DNA of 64,000 nucleotides from contig CAZRNA010000001.1 in NCBI GenBank assembly GCA_964601325.1, forward strand, positions 4,042 to 68,041, in the 5' to 3' direction. Positions 46,306-56,061 of the stretch are shown here, piece by piece. A program made the position numbers and the translations under genes. Positions within the stretch are counted from its first letter, which is position 1. Each line of letters starts with the position of its first letter. The stretch is from an uncultured Candidatus Bathyarchaeia archaeon. GTDB taxonomy: Archaea > Thermoproteota > Bathyarchaeia > 40CM-2-53-6. A model generated the notes under the pieces. That model did no database searches. It saw nothing but the letters and a program-made list of their open reading frames with translations, and was not told the DNA's origin.

Positions 46306-46716
46306 ATGGTTGAGGGAAAAGAAATCCTGGGCGAGCTGAAATACACGAGGGAACATGAGTGGGTTCGCGTTGAAGGCGCCAACTGCAGAATCGGAATCAC
46401 AGACTACGCACAGAATTCCCTTCATGAGGTTGTCTATGCTGACCTCCCGAAGGTCGGAAGAGTGCTGGGCAAAGGGGAGTCATTCGGCACGGTTGAATCG
46501 GTAAAAGCGGTGTCCGAAGTCTACTCTCCCGTGTCGGGCGAAGTCGTGGAGGCGAATCAGAAACTTATTGATGCCCCAGAACTCGTCAACCAGCAACCCT
46601 ACGGAGAGGGATGGCTCATATTGTTGAAGCCTTCGAAGCTAGGAGAGGAACTCAGCTCACTGATGCCCGCGAAGGAATATGGAGAACTGCTCGAGAAACT
46701 GTCGAAAGAGAAGTAG
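46306..46716 (+). CDS. gcvH: Glycine cleavage system H protein
   Basis: The lipoyl-lysine motif 'VESVKAVSEVYSPVSGEV' is present. 136 aa. Confidence 0.8.
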   Translation: MVEGKEILGELKYTREHEWVRVEGANCRIGITDYAQNSLHEVVYADLPKVGRVLGKGESFGTVESVKAVSEVYSPVSGEVVEANQKLIDAPELVNQQPYGEGWLILLKPSKLGEELSSLMPAKEYGELLEKLSKEK

Positions 46717-46797
46717 AACATCACATGGGCGAGTGCATCCATTGTCAAGGTAAGACATAAAAAGCGAAGCCATGGCCGATCATAGCGAGATACCAAG

Positions 46798-47160
46798 ATG
46801 GAAGCGGACACAGCAGATCTCTTCGCCAGCAGACATGCACAGGCACGCTACCTGAAACGATTCGTTCTAAGGAGAATCGCAAAGGGAAAACCTAGCGAGC
46901 CCAATGCAAACTTCTGGGATTGGGAGATAGCGTCAAGATTCATGGAATTTCCATCACTTGAGAATGTCCACCACCTGTGCCTCTTCTATGGCTACGCCAA
47001 AGTGCGCAGCGCACTCATCAAAGTCGAGAGAGCAATCTTCGAGGAGTTCTTCTACGGCAAAATCTTCCTATACCCGTTGTGGTTGAAGAGATTCAGCAGA
47101 ATATTCGACGCCGCAAAACCTAGAGCCCAAATCAGAGAACTACTCTCAAGCCAAGAATGA
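46798..47160 (+). CDS. Hypothetical protein
   Basis: 120 aa with no motif. Confidence 0.3.
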   Translation: MEADTADLFASRHAQARYLKRFVLRRIAKGKPSEPNANFWDWEIASRFMEFPSLENVHHLCLFYGYAKVRSALIKVERAIFEEFFYGKIFLYPLWLKRFSRIFDAAKPRAQIRELLSSQE

Positions 47161-47280
47161 GATCTCTAAAAAAGGAGATTCAGGAGCCACCGGCTCGAAC
47201 GAAACACAACCTAGCCTCAGGCTCGCAGTGGTACGATTCGTTATAGTAGGAGAAGCTTTGAGATCACTGCGGGAGGTCCG

Positions 47281-49431
47281 TTGAGCAAAGTAGTTCTTGC
47301 CGGTTGTACGCTGCTTGCACTTCTCATTCTGCCAATTGTTCCGATCACAATAGCTCCCTCGCTCACACTTGGGATGGAGCCAGTAAGGAACCCTGCCGCT
47401 ATGGGGCATGGTGTGGATAGATCCTCGCCTCAAAGCTCAGTGAACATTGGGAAACTGGGTGGTGACTTCAGACTCATTGTGATCCTGGTGGAATTCGCCG
47501 ATATCAAGCACAAGACATCTGCTGATCAAATTCAGAAGTTAAGCGTGGAACGGATGAACAAGTACTGGCTTGAAGTCTCATACGGCCAATTCAATGTCAT
47601 CAGCGACACTGTCGGATGGTTCGAACTAAGTCATGATGAAGCATACTACGGTAGGGACATGAGCCCCAAAGACCCTGGAAGCGATCAAAATGATCTCGAT
47701 GTAGTCGCCGACGCGTGCAAGTTAGTAGGGAACATAGACTTCAACCAGTATCAGTCTATAATGGTGATTTTCGCGGGGCACGGTCAGGATTCAGATGCCA
47801 AGAACACCGACCTGCTCTGGCCGAGCGCATGGTGGGATGGACTTGAGGCGAAATGTGGAAGCAAGACCTTCGCTAACGGAGGATTCGCTCCTGAGGTTAC
47901 GTCGTACGATACGGTCGATTTCGGGGGTGTCACGCACGAATTCGGCCACACAATCAACTTGCCTGATCTCTACGACGCCGGCCCCAACGCTCCCGACTAT
48001 TGGAAGACACGCGTAGACTTTGTGGGCATGTGGTCTCTGATGGCATCTGGCAGCTGGGGTGGGCCTGACGAGGACGGGACAGATCCTACAGGACTTGAAT
48101 CGTGGAGCAGGATCAAGCTTGGCTGGCTCTCAACCGTATCCATCCCCTTGGCCCCGGGCGGGTTCGTCCAGCAACTCAATCAATTAGGCGATACGACTGG
48201 CCCAAGGGCATTGAAGCTACTAGCAGCAAGCGGCAGATACTATCTGTTCGAGGCCAGGGCCAAGGTCGGAGTGGACAAGTACCTACCCGACTCGGGAGTC
48301 CTCATCACGCTCATAGACGAGTCGAGGGATTCGGGACAGGGCATCGTCAAAGTTGTGGACTGCCACCCTGGGACAAGATCCATTGACGACGCGACCTGCG
48401 GAGTGAACGAGTCATGGTCAGACGCAGCAAACAACATCTACATGAAGGTCATTGGGCAACAGGGAACTAGCTACACTGTCGCGTTCGCAAGCAAACCAAT
48501 AACGACTCTGAAGGTATACACAGCCGAGTTTTCATTGACGGGTGTTCCATCTTCAGCTTCTGCAAACGTCACGGTTGACGGCGCAGAATACGCAGAGATT
48601 ACAGGGAGCGAGAGGCTCGTGCTGGTCTTCCCGCTCGGCTCAACTCACACTGTCACGCTCTCCCAGTGTGCCACGGTTGGTGAGGACACGCGTTATTGCA
48701 CAACCGAAAACACGATCGCAGTCGCGACGCAGGGCACCTATTCAGTTCACTATGACACGAAACAGTATAGACTCCTCGTCGAGACACAGCCCTCATTCAT
48801 CGCATGGCCGATTGAGAAATGGTTCACAGCCGGCCAGACTGAGACGGTCGGACCATACGACGAAACTGTACCCGTGAGTGCCGGCATTCGCTACTTCCTT
48901 CCGGGATTGACAGTAGACGACACTCAACTCAAGGAAAGGACAGTGACTTTGCACATGGACCAACCACACATTGTCAAAGTCAGTTACGTTACCCAATACT
49001 TCCTCAAGATTACCTCGGCTTTCGGAAACCCGAAAGGCGAGGACTGGTATACGTCAGGCGACGTTGCCGAATATTCCGTGACTACTCCCTATGGCGTCCT
49101 GATACAGCACTTCTTCGTCTCATGGACGGGCGATGTGACTTCGGCCCAATCAAAGGGAACGCTGACAATGACAGGACCCTATGCAATTGAGGCCAAATGG
49201 CGGGACGACTACACTCAGCTTTGGGTCGCACTGGTTGTGTTGGCTGCGGTTGCGGCCGGATTCTTGGGCTTGAGACACCGCAAGGCAAAGAAGATCACGC
49301 CGACCACATCCGTTAGCGGTGCTCCCACCTCACAGGCAATACCAACAGAATCAGGCTGGTTCTGCATCAAGTGCGGAGCACCTCTTCCTCCAGATTCGAG
49401 CTTCTGCGAGATCTGTGGCTCTCGACAATAG
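47281..49431 (+). CDS. Secreted M6-like (immune inhibitor A-like) zinc metalloprotease domain protein with a C-terminal TM helix and a cytoplasmic Zn-ribbon tail
   Basis: TTG start after a GGGAGGT SD, then a signal peptide. 'VTHEFGHTINLPDLYD' matches the M6 'HEFGHxLGLPDxYD' motif. Near the C-terminus 'LWVALVVLAAVAAGFLGL' is a TM helix, followed by 'CIKCGAPLPPDSSFCEICG'. Confidence 0.6.
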   Translation: MSKVVLAGCTLLALLILPIVPITIAPSLTLGMEPVRNPAAMGHGVDRSSPQSSVNIGKLGGDFRLIVILVEFADIKHKTSADQIQKLSVERMNKYWLEVSYGQFNVISDTVGWFELSHDEAYYGRDMSPKDPGSDQNDLDVVADACKLVGNIDFNQYQSIMVIFAGHGQDSDAKNTDLLWPSAWWDGLEAKCGSKTFANGGFAPEVTSYDTVDFGGVTHEFGHTINLPDLYDAGPNAPDYWKTRVDFVGMWSLMASGSWGGPDEDGTDPTGLESWSRIKLGWLSTVSIPLAPGGFVQQLNQLGDTTGPRALKLLAASGRYYLFEARAKVGVDKYLPDSGVLITLIDESRDSGQGIVKVVDCHPGTRSIDDATCGVNESWSDAANNIYMKVIGQQGTSYTVAFASKPITTLKVYTAEFSLTGVPSSASANVTVDGAEYAEITGSERLVLVFPLGSTHTVTLSQCATVGEDTRYCTTENTIAVATQGTYSVHYDTKQYRLLVETQPSFIAWPIEKWFTAGQTETVGPYDETVPVSAGIRYFLPGLTVDDTQLKERTVTLHMDQPHIVKVSYVTQYFLKITSAFGNPKGEDWYTSGDVAEYSVTTPYGVLIQHFFVSWTGDVTSAQSKGTLTMTGPYAIEAKWRDDYTQLWVALVVLAAVAAGFLGLRHRKAKKITPTTSVSGAPTSQAIPTESGWFCIKCGAPLPPDSSFCEICGSRQ

Positions 49432-49568
49432 AGCTACACAACAGACTAGAGGAACGAGCTCTCGGCATCAATTGCTTGATTCCGCTCGTTTCCGGCATGA
49501 TATCAGTTCACCTTTTACGCGCTAGACAGTCGATAGATTCGACTACGATGTCCGGCAGGGAAACATGA

Positions 49569-50267
49569 TTGACACAGGTCGAGGATGTGATTCCTTCCCG
49601 ATGCGAGCCCCTTGACGCCCTGCTAGATGGCGGTTTCACGATTGGAGAGATCGTCGTCGTCTACGGTGAGGCGAGGACGGGCAAGACCACCCTCACGATC
49701 CAGACCAGCGTAGAAGCTGCGCGTCGCGGTTCAAAGGTTCTCTATATCGACACTGACCACTCTTTCACTCATCAACGGTTCGCGCAGTTGACAGGAGAAG
49801 ACTCCGATGCCGTGAGCGAACGGATACTCCTGTTCTTCCCGGATACCTTTTCGGACCAAACCAGCCTTGTGGAAAGCGTTGAGAACTACTTGACAAAGTC
49901 GACACGGCTGATCGTCGTGGATTCGATCACGTCACTATACAGAGTCAGCCTCGGTCCTGCGCAACAGACATTCGCTCTCAACAGGGAGTTAAACAGACAA
50001 CTTGCCTATCTAAGTGAAGTTGCGGTGCGCGGCAAACTCGTCGTGCTCTTGACAAGCCAAGTACATGCAAGAATGGACTTTCCTTTCGGACGGATTGAAC
50101 CGGTCGCGCGTCGAACACTTGCACATTGGCCTCGCACAATCATAAGACTGAAGAACACGCCAGAGCAATCAAGGAAAGATATCATAGTGGAACGCCGAAA
50201 AGGAAGACAAACCGGCTCATTGAGATGCTCAGCGAAACTCACAGCTCGAGGATTCGAGCCAATCTGA
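49569..50267 (+). CDS. radB: RadB-like RecA-superfamily ATPase
   Basis: 'VVVYGEARTGKTTLTIQ' is Walker A and 'LVVLLTSQV' is Walker B-like. A RadB-like length of about 230 aa with no N-terminal HhH domain. Confidence 0.6.
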   Translation: MTQVEDVIPSRCEPLDALLDGGFTIGEIVVVYGEARTGKTTLTIQTSVEAARRGSKVLYIDTDHSFTHQRFAQLTGEDSDAVSERILLFFPDTFSDQTSLVESVENYLTKSTRLIVVDSITSLYRVSLGPAQQTFALNRELNRQLAYLSEVAVRGKLVVLLTSQVHARMDFPFGRIEPVARRTLAHWPRTIIRLKNTPEQSRKDIIVERRKGRQTGSLRCSAKLTARGFEPI

Positions 50268-50334
50268 CCTTTATTACAACCCAGCTCATCACAGAGATTT
50301 TGAGAGGCTGAGAGCGCAAGAGAGCGAAAACCAC

Positions 50335-50835
50335 ATGTTCGACTTGAACGATCTACTGATCGCAATCTACGTGGCAATTCCAACGTATGTCGCGAACTCC
50401 ACTCCCGTCTTGCTTGGAGGAGGAGTCCCCATTGATCGAGGGAGAGAGTTCGTTGACGGCCGCCAGATACTCGGAACCAACAAGACGGTGAAAGGATTCG
50501 CGTATGGACTATTGCTAGGCAGCGTGGCAGCTGCGGCAGAAGCCATCTTATTCGGGAACCACTTGCTCGTGCTTGTCGGAGTTCTCGCTAGCCTCGGAGC
50601 GTTGCTCGGAGACCTTTTCGGAGCCTTCGTTAAGAGGAGGCTGGACATTCCGCCTGGACACCCTCTACCTGTGGTCGATCAGCTAGATTTCATCTTGGGT
50701 GCGCTCGTCCTGGTTTCTCCGTTGCTAAACGTAACGGTAGGCGCGGTCTTGATCCTAGTGATAGCAACTGTCCCGATTCACTTGTTATCCAATGCGGTAG
50801 CGTACGTGCTACGATTGAAGAAGCGTCTCTGGTAA
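50335..50835 (+). CDS. carS: CDP-archaeol synthase (CarS, UPF0290/DUF46 family)
   Basis: 166 aa with 5 TM helices. 'YVANSTPVLLGGGVPIDRGREFVDGRQILGTNKTVKGFAYG' matches the conserved CarS N-terminal segment. Confidence 0.5.
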   Translation: MFDLNDLLIAIYVAIPTYVANSTPVLLGGGVPIDRGREFVDGRQILGTNKTVKGFAYGLLLGSVAAAAEAILFGNHLLVLVGVLASLGALLGDLFGAFVKRRLDIPPGHPLPVVDQLDFILGALVLVSPLLNVTVGAVLILVIATVPIHLLSNAVAYVLRLKKRLW

Positions 50836-50848
50836 GGTCTAGGTCAGC

Positions 50849-51322
50849 CTAGCCGCCCTTTTGTGCAAGAAGTTGCCCTGAGTAGTAGATCACGATGACT
50901 GTAGTCACGAACCCGATGATTAGGAGAATGTATGCATTTCTGGGGCGATAGGCGAATCTCGTGCTCCTATATAGCATGTAGAAGCCTGACAGGCCGAGAA
51001 GATAGAGTATGCCGGAGAGAATGCTCTCGTTCAGCGTCTGGGCTCCGAGCCCGCCGGGATATATGAACGTCCAGCCCTGCGAGGTCGATCTTGGAAGGAG
51101 GGAAACGGGCCTTTCAAGGAGATCGTAGATTCCCCCAGCCAGAAAGAACGTGGCTAGGCTAATCGCCACGAGAAACAGGACCGTCCATGAACCCTTGAGT
51201 CCTGCCGCCCCGGGGGCGCGAACTAAGCGAAGTCTGTATGCAACGTTTCCGAGGCTCCGCCTGATTCTCCACGGCGCACGCCTAAGCCAATTCCTGAGCC
51301 CTACAGACATCGTTCGTCGCAC
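50849..51322 (-). CDS. Hypothetical membrane protein
   Basis: A basic N-terminus is followed by 3-4 TM helices. Confidence 0.3.
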   Translation of the reverse strand: MRRTMSVGLRNWLRRAPWRIRRSLGNVAYRLRLVRAPGAAGLKGSWTVLFLVAISLATFFLAGGIYDLLERPVSLLPRSTSQGWTFIYPGGLGAQTLNESILSGILYLLGLSGFYMLYRSTRFAYRPRNAYILLIIGFVTTVIVIYYSGQLLAQKGG

Positions 51323-51387
51323 GCGGATAATGGCAAGAAGTTAAAATACGTTGCCTCACTTCCCGATGCTCTACCGAGGCTACTTGG

Positions 51388-51561
51388 ATGCCCCAACGCG
51401 TCTTCTGTCACGCATGCGGCGCTACCCTCTATGATGGACTCGAGCTTGAATCACCCACCGAGATAATCCAGCGATACAACGGAACCTGCCCCAAATGTCA
51501 GAAGAAGCTCTCATTCGAACCTGAGGCAGTAAGAATAATCCCGTCCGAAGACAAAACATAA
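51388..51561 (+). CDS. Small (57 aa) Zn-ribbon protein, missed by the 60-aa ORF cutoff
   Basis: 'MPQRVFCHACGATLYDG...TCPKCQKK' carries CxxC...CxxC. It lies just upstream of gcvT. Confidence 0.35.
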   Translation: MPQRVFCHACGATLYDGLELESPTEIIQRYNGTCPKCQKKLSFEPEAVRIIPSEDKT

Positions 51562-51622
51562 CAGTTCGCGAACAGGCAGCTTCAATGCACGGACCTGACA
51601 AGAGTGCAGACAGAGGCTAGCG

Positions 51623-52768
51623 TTGTGGGAGTATGTTCCTATGCCGTTGAAGACCCAACTGCATGACTACCATCTACAGAATGGTAAGGTCGTTGACTTT
51701 GCAGGATTCGAGATGCCAATATGGTACAAAGGGATAATCCCCGAGACGTTGGTGGTTAGAAACCAGGTTGGCATTTTCGATGTCTCGCACATGGGCAGAG
51801 CGATAGCTCGAGGCACAAATGCCGAAGCATTCCTCAACTTCGTAACCACCAACGATGTCAGCGCGCTTAAGCCCGGACAAGCACACTACACGTTACTATG
51901 TAACGATAGAGGGGGCATCAAGGATGATATCATCGTGCTTCGCCTCGAGCCGGAGCGATTCGTCGTCATCTTCAACGCTGGCAACCGGAAGAAGGATGCA
52001 GACTGGCTGAAGGCACAAGCTGCGCGAAGCGACGCAGATCTCACAGACGTATCAGATGAGACAGCTCTAATCTCACTTCAAGGCCCGAAAGCTCAAGCCA
52101 CACTCGGAAAACTGTCGAAGATAGAACCGTCGAAGGTTCCGCGGTTCGGATGCGTAGAGACAGAGGTCGATGGCATTGGATGTCTTGTCTCTCGAACAGG
52201 CTACACGGGTGAGGATGGGTTTGAGATACTGGTGTGGGAATGCCCGATCTCCAATCCCGGAAAAGCTGAACGTGTTTGGAACTCTTTGCTTGCCGGTGGT
52301 AAAGAGTTCGGGATAGAACCCTGCGGGTTGGGCTCCAGGGACGCTCTGAGATTAGAGGCAGGGATGTGCCTCTACGGAAACGATATTGACGAAGAAGTTA
52401 GCCCGTACCAGGCGCGTCTTGGGTTCACGGTGAAGCTCACGAAGTCGGACTTCATCGGCAAGAAGGCTCTTGAGAAACAGAAGGCTGAAGGCGCGAGACT
52501 TCTGCGAATAGGCCTGAAGGCTACAGCTCAAGGCATACCAAGACCCGGATATGAGATCGTGAAGGATACTACCGCTATTGGAAAGTTGACGAGCGGAACC
52601 TTCTCGCCGACTCTGAACCTGGGCATCGCGATGGGATACGTTCCTCGTGAACACGCAACTGAAGGTCAAACGCTTGGAATCATGATCCGAGGAAGACGAG
52701 TAGATGGTGTTGTCACAAAGTTCCCATTCTATCCTACCGACAAGTACGGCTGGCAGAGAAAGACATAG
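51623..52768 (+). CDS. gcvT: Glycine cleavage system T protein (aminomethyltransferase)
   Basis: The N-terminal signature 'FAGFEMPIWYKG...DVSHMG' and a GcvT_C barrel of about 370 aa are present. Confidence 0.8.
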   Translation: MWEYVPMPLKTQLHDYHLQNGKVVDFAGFEMPIWYKGIIPETLVVRNQVGIFDVSHMGRAIARGTNAEAFLNFVTTNDVSALKPGQAHYTLLCNDRGGIKDDIIVLRLEPERFVVIFNAGNRKKDADWLKAQAARSDADLTDVSDETALISLQGPKAQATLGKLSKIEPSKVPRFGCVETEVDGIGCLVSRTGYTGEDGFEILVWECPISNPGKAERVWNSLLAGGKEFGIEPCGLGSRDALRLEAGMCLYGNDIDEEVSPYQARLGFTVKLTKSDFIGKKALEKQKAEGARLLRIGLKATAQGIPRPGYEIVKDTTAIGKLTSGTFSPTLNLGIAMGYVPREHATEGQTLGIMIRGRRVDGVVTKFPFYPTDKYGWQRKT

Positions 52769-52801
52769 CTTCGAAGCGGGAGACGAGCTGCGACGGTCGC
52801 C

Positions 52802-53917
52802 GTGAAGCGCCTCGGATTGATCGTCAACCCGATCGCGGGCATGGGAGGAAAAGTCGGCCTAAAAGGCACCGACGGACCGGAAATCCTTGAACGCGCAATT
52901 AGGCTCGGCGCAGCACCCGTTGCGCCCCAGCGAGCTGTCGAAGCTATGCGGACTCTCCGCACCCACTACACGTCCTCACTAGAACTAATCACATGCTCTC
53001 AGAAGATGGGAGAGGAGTCTGCGAAAGAGGCTGGTTTCAGTCCAGAAGTCGTCGACGGACCATCCAGTCAGCAAACAACATCCGATGACACGAAGAGAGC
53101 AGCCGAGGTCCTACAGACGCGCAGGGTTGACTTGCTTCTCTTCGTTGGCGGCGACGGCACCGCTCGAGATATCTGCCACGTGATCGACCAGGAAACCCCA
53201 TGCCTTGGTATTCCAGCCGGAGTCAAAGTCTACTCTTCTGTGTTCTCAACCAATCCTCGAACCGGCGGCGACTTGACCGCCAGCTACTTGGATGGCGAAG
53301 CCAGACTCGCGGATGCCGAAGTATTGGACATTGACGAATCCGAGTTCAGGGCGGACAGAATATCGGTTCGCCTCTACGGATATCTCCGAGTTCCATTCCA
53401 CGCCGCGAATCTTCAGAACTCCAAGACCGGTTCCCTCTTGGATGAGGTCTCTGCACAAAACGCGATAGCGAAGTTCGTGGGCGAGGAACTCAAGGATGAC
53501 CGGACGTACATCATCGGACCAGGATCCACAACCGCAGCACTCGGCAGACGTCTAGGATTCGAGAAGACGATGCTCGGGGTCGACGCTATTCGTGGGAGAG
53601 CTCTCATCGAGAAAGACCTTTCCGAAAAAGGCATCATGCAACTGCTGGCTCAGAGCCGAGCATCGATAATTGTGACCCCGATCGGCGGACAGGGTTTCAT
53701 CTTCGGCCGAGGCAATCCTCAGATCAGCGCACAGGTGATCAGACGAGTTGGTAAGGAGAATATCATAGTCATCGCCACGGAACGCAAGATACACTCACTC
53801 AAGACCAAACGCCTACTGGTCGATACAGGAGATACAGAACTGGATAAGGAGTTGGGCGGATACATGAAGATCATAACAGGATACAGAGAATTCTCCGTTC
53901 TTCCAGTCAACGCGTAA
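52802..53917 (+). CDS. ATP-NAD kinase / diacylglycerol-kinase catalytic-domain family protein (COG3199-like)
   Basis: 'GLIVNPIAGMGG' and 'LLLFVGGDGTARDI' carry the GGDG motif. Confidence 0.5.
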   Translation: MKRLGLIVNPIAGMGGKVGLKGTDGPEILERAIRLGAAPVAPQRAVEAMRTLRTHYTSSLELITCSQKMGEESAKEAGFSPEVVDGPSSQQTTSDDTKRAAEVLQTRRVDLLLFVGGDGTARDICHVIDQETPCLGIPAGVKVYSSVFSTNPRTGGDLTASYLDGEARLADAEVLDIDESEFRADRISVRLYGYLRVPFHAANLQNSKTGSLLDEVSAQNAIAKFVGEELKDDRTYIIGPGSTTAALGRRLGFEKTMLGVDAIRGRALIEKDLSEKGIMQLLAQSRASIIVTPIGGQGFIFGRGNPQISAQVIRRVGKENIIVIATERKIHSLKTKRLLVDTGDTELDKELGGYMKIITGYREFSVLPVNA

Positions 53918-54046
53918 CAGTCGCGCCTAGGACCAAGGTGCACTATTGTCAAAGAATTTCAGAAACTGCACAGCGATCGCAAAGAGACAATCTTAGATAC
54001 AACAACGGGGCTTGAACCGCAGAAACTGTCTGGAGGTGGATTCTCA

Positions 54047-54562
54047 ATGAGAGGTTTCGAGGTCAACCGTAATGAGTCTCATGGAGAATTCCCACTATCT
54101 CGGATATTCATCGGCCTTGAGAACTCTGAAGTCATTCAATCACTATTCGGAGGCAAGGAACACGCAGCTGAAACCTTACGGAACCTGCGTGTGAAGCTGG
54201 ACGATTCAGCGGAGTACATGTACGTGAACGACACGGACGGAAGTATCATTGTTAGAGGAGGGTACCTGCGGTCTGCCAGCGAGAAGCTTCTCTATCTTGA
54301 CATCATTCACGAGCTTGTTCACGTCAAGCAATATCGACAGGGGCGAGACCTGTTCGATTCAAAGTTCTCATATGTGGATCGACCGACAGAGCTCGAAGCA
54401 TACAAGATCACGCTGGATGAAGCACGCAAGATCGGCATGACCGAAGAAGAGATCGAGGACTATCTCTACGTAGAATGGATAACCAAGAAGGAACATAAGA
54501 AACTGGCGAAGACTCTAGGCGTGAACGGCCAGCGACGAAGAAAGAGCAAACCTACTTCTTAG
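54047..54562 (+). CDS. Small putative zincin-like protein with HExxHxxQ motif (DUF4157-like)
   Basis: 'LDIIHELVHVKQYRQG' carries the motif, and a downstream 'ELEAYKIT' may supply the third ligand. Confidence 0.35.
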   Translation: MRGFEVNRNESHGEFPLSRIFIGLENSEVIQSLFGGKEHAAETLRNLRVKLDDSAEYMYVNDTDGSIIVRGGYLRSASEKLLYLDIIHELVHVKQYRQGRDLFDSKFSYVDRPTELEAYKITLDEARKIGMTEEEIEDYLYVEWITKKEHKKLAKTLGVNGQRRRKSKPTS

Positions 54563-55066
54563 CGAGCTTTCTTGACGCTTGCATCCCTCAAGTATGCTTC
54601 CACTAGGTTTCTCGTAAACGATTCCAAGTCCATGTGAAGCGCATCACTGGGGGTTGTCCAAACGTACTCCTGTATCTCTTTCCCATCCAACTTCACTCCT
54701 GATGAGTTGGTTCGACAGAGATAGTCCAGGAAGATGTAGTGTTCGTGCTTGATGTAGTCCGCGGGGTAGATCGCTTCTTGAACTAGAAGCAACTTGACGG
54801 GTTCGGTGTCAAGTCCGACTTCCTCCTTGATCTCTCTCTTGACAGCTGTCTCGGATCGTTCACCAAGTTCGATGTGTCCTCCTGGTACTGTGTATTTGGT
54901 TCCCCATTTGTGCGACCGCACGAGCAGTATCTCCTCTTTCTCGTTGATGACGAGTCCGCCAACGGTGGCTTCGGGGTAATTCTGAACCAAGGGCAAATCC
55001 ATCCTAGGCGTAGTTCCAGGTTCTCCGTAGGCAATGGGACCGATATTCTTGTCTTTCCGTATCATC
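54559..55066 (-). CDS. NUDIX hydrolase
   Basis: Nudix box 'GGHIELGERSETAVKREIKEEVGL'. The real start is probably 'MIRKDKNIG', and the longer ORF-track N-terminus overlaps the divergent MBL gene. Confidence 0.7.
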
Positions 55067-55102
55067 AACCTACGGGGCGAGCGGCGTGGGGGGGAAGAAC
55101 GG

Positions 55103-55747
55103 ATGCCAGAAAGCTTAGGTGAACATGATCCGCGGCTGAGGGACATCCATTTCATCGAAGGAATCGGTCTCTGCTCGAACATTTTCATATTTGCTGAAGG
55201 CGACACTATCTCACTTGTTGATACCGGGTCGGGAATGGAGCCTAACGCGGTCCGTCCCCAGCTCGAACAGCTTGGCTTGAAGATCGATGGTGTTAGCAGA
55301 ATTGCCATTACTCATGGGCACATAGATCACATAGGAGGGCTCACCGAGATATGCGAGAATTCCTCACCCGAGATCTTCGTCCATCAGAACGACGCGGACG
55401 ACTTGAAATCCTTGGGGATAAGATCAATCGTCTACATGAAGGATGGGGACAATGTCAGACTTGGTCGACGAAACCTAAGAGTAATTCATACTCCTGGCCA
55501 CACAGAAGGGAGCGTGTGTCTACACGACAACGAAATCATACTCACAGGGGACACTGCTTTCCCAGGCGGATACTTCGGAAGAACTGACCTCCCATCCGGG
55601 GACTGGAGAAAGCTCATCGACTCACTCGACAAGCTATCCCGTTTGGACGTTCGAGTCATGCTGCCAGGACATGGCGAACCGCTCCTGTCAGAGGCATCCT
55701 CGCATCTTAGGCTGGCTCGGAAAACCGTCGAACTTGTCAGATACTGA
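55103..55747 (+). CDS. MBL-fold metallo-hydrolase
   Basis: 'IAITHGHIDHIGG' is the HxHxDH motif, with downstream 'HTPGHTEGS' and 'LPGHG'. Confidence 0.7.
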   Translation: MPESLGEHDPRLRDIHFIEGIGLCSNIFIFAEGDTISLVDTGSGMEPNAVRPQLEQLGLKIDGVSRIAITHGHIDHIGGLTEICENSSPEIFVHQNDADDLKSLGIRSIVYMKDGDNVRLGRRNLRVIHTPGHTEGSVCLHDNEIILTGDTAFPGGYFGRTDLPSGDWRKLIDSLDKLSRLDVRVMLPGHGEPLLSEASSHLRLARKTVELVRY

Positions 55748-56061
55748 CCAACCTGCCTTGTGCTGACCGAATCCAAAACTAACACCGCAAATCATGGACT
55801 CGCTCGGAATCTACGGATGGTCTGGAATTGCAGGCTGGAATGCTCGCGAACTCCCGCGCCTGTGTTCATTCTGACTGCTTCATCAGTTGACTAGGATGTG
55901 AAAGACCCCTGAAACCAACCACTGAGCGACCTCTGAACCTTCGTGAGCTTTCTGAGAGGTTCAAGTTCTCAGAGGAGACACTCGGAGAACTTCTCCCAGT
56001 CTACGGTTCCGAGCTTGAGAGAGTAGTCCGAGCGCTGAAGTCACCTGGTAAGCGTTACTAT

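Noticed and set aside
54559-55308. 249-aa minus-strand ORF suggesting a NUDIX protein with a 110-aa Ser/Pro/Arg-rich N-terminal extension
   Set aside because: The extension overlaps the divergent MBL hydrolase gene and is low-complexity. The NUDIX protein more plausibly starts at 'MIRKDKNIG' (about 55066).
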